DNA of 64,000 nt from Pocillopora damicornis. Its lineage: Eukaryota. The DNA lies in the NCBI RefSeq assembly GCF_003704095.1, contig NW_020844818.1, forward strand, positions 310,001 through 374,000. The letters run 5' to 3'. Below are positions 38,285 through 48,032 of the stretch, piece after piece. The notes below the pieces were generated by a model that had not been told where the DNA came from, searched no databases, and worked only from the letters and a program-made list of their open reading frames with translations. The position numbers and the translations under genes were made by a program. The first letter of the stretch is position 1. Each line of letters opens with the position of its first letter.

Positions 38285-40204
38285 ATGATGAATAATTCGC
38301 CATATATTTTACAGAGGTTTGTTTCAGCGAAAGAAACTGAAGAATTCACATCCTATTCTAAGGAAAAAACAATTCACGAACATGGAAGTATGTCTGGAGA
38401 GGAAGCGAGAACATTTTATGAAGTTGTTCTTTCTTCATCCAATTCTGATGCAGGAAGCGTTTTAGCGTCAAAGGATAACAAAACGGAAAAGAATAATTCA
38501 AGGCAAAAGGGAAATGGGTCATTGGCGAAATCAACCTACTCAAAACCAACTGAAAAGGATTTGAAATCCAAAAAGAATAGTGGTCACTCCAGATCCATAC
38601 CTACTAAATTTCGTTCTACTTCTGATCACAGACTAGTAAACGATTTCTTAAAAAATGCTCAAGAGGGAAATTTAAGACGAGTCCAAGAACTGCTTTCCAA
38701 TGATAGCGTAGACATAAATGTATGTGACCAATTTTCATGGACAGGATTGATGTGTGCATCTCACAATGGGCAGATTCACATTGTTAAATATTTACTTGAG
38801 AGCGGAGCTTTGTGGAGATCTTATGAAGACTCACAAGGAAGAACAGCTTTCGACCTTGCAAAAATTGCAGGACACCATGATATAGCAGAACTTCTCAGAT
38901 CTTACAGTGGTCAGCGTAAAAGCCAACGCATAAAATCCTCTTATGAAGAGCATTCTGCTATCACAGCACAACCCAAATTTTGGTGCTCTGTATGCGAACA
39001 AGAGTTTACAGATCTGAAGGGTACACATGAAGGTTCAACTGTGCATTTGTTCAATATACAACGCAAGCCTCAAAAAACATTCTATTATATTCCAGAAGGC
39101 AATGTAGGGTATCAATTGATGCTAAAGTCTGGCTGGAATGAAGATCGAGGTAAACTTAATTCTCACGTTTTCTTTAAATCCACAGTACTAGTTTCATACT
39201 GAATTAAGGGCAGGAAGTACTGTCATTTCCCCTTCTAAACTGCCAGGAAATTTGTTTAAGGCAAAACTCATCAAGGAAATTATGCTAACATAAACACAAC
39301 TTAGAACACATACCTGTGTTACTGTGGCAACTTGACAAGCAGCATTGCTCCAAGCAAGACGTTTTTGAAAGTTGCCATTTGGCACACCACCACTGGAAAT
39401 TCAAATTTTGTCACAATTGCTTATTAAAGGAAAATGATGAACAATTTATATTATTGCATGCCAATGGTAGCAGCTTCACTGCTGCACACAAATTTTAAGA
39501 TTGGTGATCATTTCCTTTGTTCTTGTGACCCTTGATGTTTGATTCCAGGGTGATCTTGTCAGGAGAAATTAGAAGCTAATCATTCTCAGGGATCAAAGGA
39601 TTAAAATTATGAAGATTTTCTTTACTCTCTTACAACAAAAAGAGCTGTAGCATGGAGAACTGTCCACGAGAAATAGACACAGGTCTAGTCACTTCATGCT
39701 ACAGAAATCAGTGATAAGCAATGATAGTTACAGCTCAAAAAGATTTAATCTTATAATCAATTTTTGGATCAATATCAGTATTTGGGCAACTTCCCACCTA
39801 CCCCTCCCCTAACCCAACATTAACCCTACCTTGTTATCAATAGACTGTTGTTGGGTTAGGGGAGGGGTAGGTGGGCAGTTGCCCAGATACTGATATTGAT
39901 CCCAATTTTTTTTAAAATTCTGTTTATCACAGGTTTAGGCCCAGCTGGTGTTGGAAGAAAATACCCAGTGAAAACAGTTCTCAAGAGAGATCGATTAGGA
40001 TTTGGTAATAAGGGATGTCAACCAGCAAGAGTGACACACTTTGGTCCACATGATCACAGTTCTGTGAAGAGGAGAAAATCAATCACCAAGAAGGAAAAGA
40101 ACAGAGGAACAATGAAAAAGACTTGTAGGAGGGAAAGGGTGGCTAAAGAGAAGAAGGAAAAGAATTGGGAAAGAAATATGAGGATATACATGAACACTGA
40201 ATAA
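38285..40204 (+). CDS. GPANK1: G-patch domain and ankyrin repeat protein 1
   Basis: Exons 38285-39149 and 39933-40204. Ankyrin repeats (DQFSWTGLMCASHNG), zinc-finger-like CSVC...HEGSTVHLF, G-patch NVGYQLMLKSGW...GLG...PVKTVLKRDRLGFG split by the intron. Confidence 0.92.
39766..39902. mobile_element. Hairpin MITE with 8-bp target-site duplication
   Basis: About 53-bp near-perfect TIR starting GGATCAATATCAGTAT; CAATTTTT at 39758-39765 and 39903-39910. Confidence 0.85.
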
Positions 40205-40524
40205 AATTTATCATCTAAAGCTTTTATTGTGGTAATGATAGGGAACAAATTGGCAATGTTAACAGCTATTCTTTATATAAAATACTGAGAAGATCAATAC
40301 CATATAACTACGATAAGAATATAAATAATCTAACTCAACTTTACTATGTTACAATGACTAGTTTTTTCATATTTAAATAATGGTTACCTTATTTAAAACT
40401 AAACAGAATAACTGGATGGTTAAAAAACAATTTCATTTGTTCTGAGTACACTCCTTTGTTTGTGATTGATAACTATTTGTACTTTGTGAACTACAAACAC
40501 CTTGTATGCCCCCCCCTTTTATTG

Positions 40525-40680
40525 TAAAGCCCTCTCTCCCTTTAAGAAATTCAGGTTTTTAATAAGCCTACCTCTCCCCCTGTTTTGAAATTCAGGTTTC
40601 TCATAAGCCCCCCCTCCCCTGTTTTGAAGTTCAAGTTTTTGATAAGGCCCCTTCCCCTCCCCCTGTTTTGAAATTTAGGG
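40525..40680. repeat. Degenerate tandem repeat, unit about 40 bp
   Basis: taagccc...cccctgttttgaaattcaggtttt repeated 3-4 times between the GPANK1 and DXO 3' ends. Confidence 0.7.
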
Positions 40681-40830
40681 CCCAGTTGCATAAAGGGCAG
40701 ATAATGCTATCCAACAAATAAATCTCTATCCAGTGTATCAACGACTACAAAATGTATGCTGCACATGATAATGATCCTAAAAAGAAGAATAAAGAAGCTC
40801 TGTAATAAAATGGGAAAATTTCAACTGTAG

Positions 40831-43660
40831 CTATGGAGAGGCAGTATTTGTGAAAGTTTTCAAATACCAGTCTGGGAGGACACAGTGCAGTTCATCAGAC
40901 TTCTCTGTAACTGTCACTTCTTCAAATGGCTCTCTCCAGGAGAACATGTACATCACCCTTGGTCCACTTTTTATAACCACTGTCTTCACCCAGTCAAGAA
41001 ATCTGTCAAGAAAGTTCAAACAAATGGAAGAATCCCAGAGATCCTCCTCATCTCGTGCAAGTCTAGGTATGGCCAGAGTGTTGTATGTTTGCAATTCTTT
41101 CACATGGCCACTGTGATCCCTGTAGCCACAAATGATTTTTGGCACACCAGCCAAATAAGACTGCGCCCACCACTTGAGCAGTTTGAAGCGTTTGAAGGTG
41201 TAGTGGTGGTGGTGGTTGTGAGGTTTCAAGGAGGTTTTCAATTCAATATAATTTGCTGGGGCTTCTTCATTATCCTACAAGAAAACATGGAATTTAAATT
41301 TTAAGCTGTGATGTAATTATTAACCCTTTAACCCCTAAGAATGATTAGTAGCTAATTTCTCCTTACAATATCATCCCTGAGGAATAAAGGAAATGATCCC
41401 CAACTAAAGAAGCTCTCGATTGTTAAACAAATTCTCCTTGTCAGCACCTTGGGAAATGTGTAGAGAGCAGTATGGAGAATATGAATAGCTATGTTAGGGT
41501 GTAAAGGGTTGATCAGATTCCTTTGCAAGAATGAAGAACCCACTAAAATTTGCCTCCCTCCTAACATGTGGCTTCATAGTTAAGTTAGTAATGGCACCCA
41601 ACGGGTATCTGGGAGGCACAGATTCCCTTTCTGTCAAAGCCTTAATTCTTTTTCAGGCTTCCTCTCTGTAATTTTTCAAATTGGAGCTTACTCGCAAAGA
41701 TCATTTCTTTACAGAATCTGAAAGTCTGAGGTTTGGTTCCTCATGGGTACTCAGATTTTTTTCTTTGTCCCATGCTTGTAAAAAGACAGAAAAAACATCT
41801 TTCTCTATTTCTTTACTTGGTTGTATGTTACACAACTAAGATATCATCGACAGGGTTGTTATTAGAATCCAGTAGGCAGTGGAAACCTGCTGGCTGTCAG
41901 ACCATTTGGTCCCTGAGCTACTTGGTGAATTGTGAGCAAAGACAGAAAATAAGTATTTTTTAACTGATTTCAACATAAAAGTCTGGCTAAACAGAATTAC
42001 TCAAATATGCCCCAGAATGCTGCAATTCATGTTTTAAAGGTTTCAATTTTTTCCAGCAGAGTAAGCCTCCCCAACCCCCTCCAGGAGGGTGTGTTACAAA
42101 CATGCTTACTGAGAAAGCACACTGAGTTCAGATCATGCATTTAGTACTAACATTTTCACAAAAACCCTGCACTAAAACAAAACATACCTTGGTGCAGCAG
42201 TCCACTTCAGCACCAAAAACCAATGAGTGTTTATTAAGCCTAGCCCTGATTACAGTGACAAATTCCTCACTATCATTAATAGCATGGCTTTCCTTGGCTT
42301 TTTCCTCATTTTTATTATGATGACTTTTGTCTACCAGGGATGTAACATAGCTTTCAAAGTTATGACCCCAGTAGCACATCTCTTTGTGTCTTTCTTCCAT
42401 ATTCTCCCTCTTGTCCTTGTTTTCCTCAGTTTCTATCTCCATAATGTAGATTGTTCCATTGTGTAGCACAGCTGCCATTTGCCAAGATTCTCTTGTTTCA
42501 TAGGGTGTGCACATTATCTTTGTCAAGAGCCCCCTCCATGTTATGAAATCTGTGTGTAAGCTGAAAAAATAGGAAGATGTATTTTTATCTGATGCCCTAG
42601 ATACCAAACTTTTCACTGGAAAAAATGAATTTTGAATCACGACCAAAACAAGTTCCTTGAATGAAAGTCTGAGGTCTGAAAATGCAAAATTGTTGTGTTC
42701 CAAAAGAAATTTGATTCACAAATCATCCAGTGATCAGAAAACAATTGCCTTACACTATGATAATTTATCATATAATTTGAGGGTTAATGAAGCAAGCTAA
42801 GTCAATTTGCTTTTGATAAATTCTTTGTAATTACAATATTTGGTAAATTAACACCCAAAGCCAAGTCAGTAGTAAAGTTTGGCTTCTTGGTGACATTAAA
42901 TACTCCGCTTTTTATCTACACCCACCCCCCTGAGGAATCCTAAAGGTCAATTTTCTTTTGGCACCAGTAAGAAAATAAAATCCTCTTGTGGAAAAAGTGT
43001 AGACCCCCTTGCAAAAAAAAAAAAAACAGTCGTACCTGGCTACTTGGAGTAGTGCGATTTCCGCATATCTCCAAATTTCATTACACATAAAGTTCTTGGA
43101 CAAATGGCGAAAACAATATGTTACCTCTGGGAATACCTATTCGGTTTACAATAGCACAAGGCTGTGTAGGAATCTTAGCCTACTTGGAGGTTCAGACGGG
43201 AAAGAAAAACGTCTTCTTTGCAGATTTCCTAGGAAGACACTTGTTTGTTAAAATATAAATAATCTCACCTGGAAAGTTGAGTTTTACCTTCTGGAGGAGT
43301 CTCGCTCGTGGGACTTTGAACGATTTCAAACTTCTCGTGGTGACATTGTACCCACTGCAACAAGTTTTCCAACCCTTCTTTTACATCTTCGTTCCGTTTC
43401 ACAAAGTCTTTATACCCAGCCCTGAGGTCGAAGTTTATATCACGCGGAGGACTAAAATACTTCAATTGTCTCTTATCATCGTGAAACCTTCTATGATCGT
43501 CTAAAGAGAAATGCCCTACTTCGATTGGTTGTCGATAAAAAGGAAGTCTTCCTCGAAAAGCATCCACAGGTTGGACTGCAAAGCTTTTCTGTGTTACAGA
43601 GCTATCTTTTCGAGTTTTCTTTGATGCTGCAGCCTCAGATACATCCGAACGACGTTTCAT
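40831..43660 (-). CDS. DXO: Decapping and exoribonuclease protein (DOM3Z/Rai1 family)
   Basis: Exons 43660-43269, 42560-42188, 41274-40831. Motifs QPIEVGHFSLD, FITWRGLLTKIMCTPYE, YWGHNFE, GAEVDC, YIELKT, KLLKWWAQSYLAG. Confidence 0.94.
41320..41512. mobile_element. piggyBac-like MITE in DXO intron
   Basis: TTAAccctttaaccccta...tagggtgtaaagggttga. Confidence 0.75.
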
Positions 43661-44459
43661 GTTGGACTGTTATTTAGAGTAAATTGAAAGCGCCTTTAAA
43701 GCGTCTTTCGGTTTCATTCGTCCACCATGTTGGAACACGGTGCGAATAGAATTCTGGTCTATCAAGATAGTTTGACTGTTCCGTTGTGTAAGCCTTTATT
43801 GAATGTCCCCGATTTCTGTCCGTAACTGATACTTCTCAGATTATATTCCAATAGTTCGTATGGAATGGTTCACGATTTTAGCTCAAATATTCCTTCAAAT
43901 AACATAGCATTAAAAGAAAAAAGCAGTTTGATTGTGCAAAGGCCCTCCCAGGCCCCAGCTGGCAGATTTAGCAAAGGCTGTACTGCACTTCGAAAGGAGC
44001 CTATTAACAGGCTCCTGGCTGTGGCAAGAAACAGCTCCCTCAATTCAAGTTCTACTGACATGCGAATTCAGGAAAAATTTCAGAACTTAAAAGACTCATC
44101 AAAATTAGGTTGGGAATGGTGATGGTACCGACCTCAAGTAAGTGATAATTGGATCATGAAAGCACTGACTCCATACTGTTCTCTCTTCATTTTGTGGAGC
44201 TGGATGGAAAGGAGAATTTGTTTACTTCTCTAGTTGGTGATCAGTTTCTTCATCCACACAATCTTAATGTTTGATTCAGGGGTGACATTGTAAGGAGAAC
44301 TAGATGTCAGTCACTCTTAGGGGTTAAAGGATTGAAAGGTCCTATTTTTCATTTTTAAGTAGCACTTTTAAAAATCAAAGGGCAAGAACTTTGGTAGTTG
44401 ACCTTAATAGGGAATTTTTTATTGTGTAGAATATAACAGTAACTTTTTTTTCAAATTTT

Positions 44460-45614
44460 TTAACTGTTCCCTTCAATGTCATCATCTGAAGAAGAATCGT
44501 ATGCAGAAATAAGTGAGATGCTTCCGAGTTCATCCTTCTTTTCCATAATTGTCTCATTCCCTGGACGTTTTGAATGTGACAGTTCATTTGCTCTGTTAAG
44601 TAACACCTGCTGTTTTGACCACTGAATAAGATCTGAAAGTGTCTTTGGTGGTGATTTACTCACTGTATTGTATCCTGATCCTTGATTAGTCTCAGTCAAG
44701 TGAGCTGCATGTACATCATACTTCATATCTGTGCCAGTGTTTGGCTCATAGTACTGATAATCTGTATCTGGATAGTAACCAATTGCCTCTCCACTCTCTT
44801 TAAGGTCATGATCAATGTTACGGCGTTTCTGTGGGAAAGAGTTATCCTTAACATTATCATGATGTGGAAGTCTGAGCGGTCCATCATAGTCTTGCAATAT
44901 CGCAGAAGCAAGTCTCTCTTTGCTGTTCTCTATTTTACGCTTCTTAACCCACGGGTTTGGGTCTTCTGTGGCCCACCGTATATTCAAAATCTCTTTATTA
45001 TCGAGAGCTTGACTTTGCATGGCCTCTTTGGCAAATTCGGCGTTGGAGCGGTTTTTGTAGCGAACAAACGCGACACCTTTTGACTGTAACACCCTAACGT
45101 TATCGATCTCTCCCCACTCTTTGAAGTGTCTATAAACAATCGATTGGAGGTCGGAAGTTACCGATATTCCACCGACATAAAGGGTCTTAGCAGTTTGTTC
45201 ATCCGCAGAAAACGAACCAACACCACTCTGGTCGTCTCGTACATGTTCGTGTCTTTCTCTACCGAAGCAGTCTTTTGTGGTGTCCAAAGTTGATTCAAAT
45301 TCATCCGACGGTAAATTATGGATCCAGGAACACTCATATCCTAACGGACAACATCCTCTCGAAAATTTCAAGCAAATATATGTCCCATCCCACTGTCTTA
45401 AACTGCCTTTTGTGGTTCCACTGTCCTCTGTGATACTGCATCGAGTGGTAGCTGGAATCTTCTCGCGAAAATGACCTCTTTCTCCAACATTCTTATTATA
45501 CCAAATGTTGTATGTCTTTCCGGGAAAATTTTCAGATCTCTGAGGACCAACCGGCTGAGAAATTTGCTTCCTTGCATTTCGCCTGCTTGCATGTGAATTT
45601 GCTGCCGCCGCCAT
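44460..45614 (-). CDS. CWC2: Pre-mRNA splicing factor Cwc2-like (Torus region, CCCH zinc finger, RRM); intronless
   Basis: Single ORF, open from 45698; likely start at AAGATGGCG (ATG 45614). Motifs GKTYNIWYNK, CLKFSRGCCPLGYECSWIH (C-x7-C-x5-C-x3-H), DCFGRERH, DDQSGVGSF, KTLYVGGI, AEFAKEAM, LNIRWATEDPNP. Confidence 0.9.
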   Translation of the reverse strand: MAAAANSHASRRNARKQISQPVGPQRSENFPGKTYNIWYNKNVGERGHFREKIPATTRCSITEDSGTTKGSLRQWDGTYICLKFSRGCCPLGYECSWIHNLPSDEFESTLDTTKDCFGRERHEHVRDDQSGVGSFSADEQTAKTLYVGGISVTSDLQSIVYRHFKEWGEIDNVRVLQSKGVAFVRYKNRSNAEFAKEAMQSQALDNKEILNIRWATEDPNPWVKKRKIENSKERLASAILQDYDGPLRLPHHDNVKDNSFPQKRRNIDHDLKESGEAIGYYPDTDYQYYEPNTGTDMKYDVHAAHLTETNQGSGYNTVSKSPPKTLSDLIQWSKQQVLLNRANELSHSKRPGNETIMEKKDELGSISLISAYDSSSDDDIEGNS

Positions 45615-45761
45615 CTTGATTCCATCCGGGAAAGGACTGGGACTAAATCTCGTACCAGACCTCTTTCGCATTTTTTTCAAAATGGCCGATTTGAACATGT
45701 TGTGAGGTCGAGGGAAGGAAATTCTGAGAAAACTCGAAAAGAGAACACTTGAGAAAACCTC
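45615..45761. promoter_or_regulatory. Putative bidirectional promoter of CWC2 and LYRM7
   Basis: Divergent ATGs 147 bp apart; YY1-like caaaatggccg near 45678. Confidence 0.55.
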
Positions 45762-46754
45762 ATGAGCAGTTTAAGATCAAAGGTAGGAACAGTAATCCAA
45801 ATTTGGCATAGTTAAGACAGTTTTGATCCAATGAGCAATAGAACTGTCTTTTTCTGGGTTTTGAAAGATAAGGATGTTTCTTGTTTAAATTCAAAAAAGA
45901 ACGTTTCTAACTTGATGGTGACAAGTGAACTTAAAATGGGACAAAGAATTGCAACCACATCGTTTGCAGACAATTTTTTTTACAAGGAGTGAGGGAGTGA
46001 GGGAGAGGATGGTAGAATATTGAAATCTCCAGAAGGTGTGCAATTGAAACCCAGTAGTAACCCTTACCCTGTACTGAACCAGAACAACGCAGACTTGCAC
46101 CGTTTCCTGAACTTCAGATTCGCTTCTTAACCCCTTACACCCTAACATCATTATGCATGCTTTCCATACTATTCTCTATACAGTTTCTAAGTTGCTGACA
46201 AGGAGAATATGTTTAAAAAATCAAGAGCTTCTTTAGTTGGTGATCATTTCCTTTACTCTCACGACCTTAGTGTTTGATTTAAGGGTGATATTGTCTAGAG
46301 AAAAAACAATTAGATGCTAGTCACTCTAATGGGTCAAAGGATCAAAGTAACATCATAGATATGGATTGGATCAAGGGATCTCCTGGATTGGGAAATCATG
46401 CTGTAAATTGTCTTTGCAATGCCTCTCATCAGTATGTTTTTCTTGGCACCATTACACCAGGTGTTGTCTTGCTACCGGTCACTTCACAGAACGCGGCTTA
46501 AAGTTTTCAGAGATGACAGTTTTGCTTTAGAGGCTGGAAAACAGAGGATAAGAACTGAATTTCTAAAGCACAAAAATGAGATAGATCCAGCAAAAATTGC
46601 TGAACTTATTCAAATGGCAGAGGGTGCAGAGAAGGTCCTGAGGTGTAATATTGTGCAAGGCGTACAAACTGACAACGGAACATTCCGTCTGAGAATTACT
46701 GAGGACACTGAAATTCAAAACAATGCCCCACGTCCGTGTAAAAAAGATAAGTGA
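45762..46754 (+). CDS. LYRM7: Complex III assembly factor LYRM7/MZM1
   Basis: Exon 1 45762-45782 (MSSLRSK, then gtagga) and exon 2 46461-46754 (VLSCYRSLHRTRLKVFRDDSFALEA...VLRCNIVQG). Confidence 0.9.
46127..46345. mobile_element. piggyBac-like MITE in LYRM7 intron
   Basis: TTAAccccttacacccta...gggtcaaaggatcaa. Further copies at about 37340-37524, 44170-44334, 49573-49757, 59152-59370. Confidence 0.75.
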
Positions 46755-48032
46755 AGGTGCTCATGGATACACTTGCATGCAGGGTTGGTTTTAATCAATA
46801 TGAAGTTGGAACCACATCATAGTTGTGTTTGATGAGTCTAACTTGGCTTGACGTGGAAGATCTCTGTCCAAGTTGTTGTAGAACTTGTTTTTGAAATAAG
46901 CAACTCATTTTTTTTAAAACATCCTTAAAATTTGACCTCTCACTCCTCACCACAGACTGAATGTTGCCTAGATTGGTATTTACAATAATTTGGTTCAACT
47001 GTGGAAAAACTTCTTATTTGCATGTTTGTACAAGGCAACCATTCTTAGAAATGAAGTGATAGAGTACCTCTCTTGAACTTTAAATAAGACAGACAAAATT
47101 ATTTGAAAAATATTACACATGTGTAGTGCAATGTTGTATTCAAACTTTGCCTCAACTTTTGTAAGTAATTGTGTGTTCAACGAGACTCAGAAATTAGGAA
47201 AAGTAATTTAACTGGCCCACAAAGAGGGAAAGGAGGGAATTCTGACCTGCTCAAAAATATGAAAAAATAATAAAAACCACCTTAGAACTCTGTCTTGTCA
47301 GCAGTAATATGATTTATTTAGGCACAATCATACAGGTCTGTCTTTATAAATGTGGATAAAAACATTTTATTCAAATATTACTTGATTGTTTTTTGAAATA
47401 AGATAGCACACAAGTACAACTATAAAAGAATCCTGTTTTAACATGTGTAATTGTTTCCTACTGATGGGATTACATTTAAATTTCCTTTAGTGATCAATGG
47501 CAGATCCAGGACGGCAGTAGAGGGAGCTCTGATCCCCCCTCCAATAAGAGCTGTGGGTATTCTTTTACTTCTTGTCCAATACCAAGACTTATAAAAATGA
47601 CAGAATGCAAAGCAGAATGCAATGAAATTATCCTTTCATGTCATGAGTATACCATTTTGTTGTATATACTAAGCAATTTATGTTGAGGCTTTGAATTAAT
47701 TGGTGCATTAGGGTCATTTCACAAATTGTCACATTGGAAATTATTTGATTTTAAGTCATTATTTGTTTGTATGGGACATCACTGATTTTAAATTAATTTT
47801 TTGGATTATTATTATAAAATATACTTTTTTGACAAGTGTAATTAAGTTTAGGTCTCTTTTATTTTGGTTTCCATTAGTCAATAAATGTCTTTAATTGGAA
47901 AAATGAGTGTTGAGTTTATAACAATACTATTGAAAAGATATACTTGAATTAAAAACTGCAAACTTGGAATACCAAGGGAAGCTCTGTAAAAAGGCTCTAC
48001 TTGTGACCTAGGTCCTATGCATGACACTCAGG

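Noticed and set aside
43865-44122. 85-aa plus-strand ORF between DXO and CWC2
   Set aside because: No recognisable motif or splice support; lies antisense to the probable CWC2 3' region.
44682-45625. Alternative-frame and antisense ORFs over CWC2 (similar ones over DXO, GPANK1, DNAH3, ABCA)
   Set aside because: Shadows of the real coding exons.
44460-45698. CWC2 as fungal contamination
   Set aside because: Contiguous, with no gap, with intron-containing animal genes and host MITEs on both sides.
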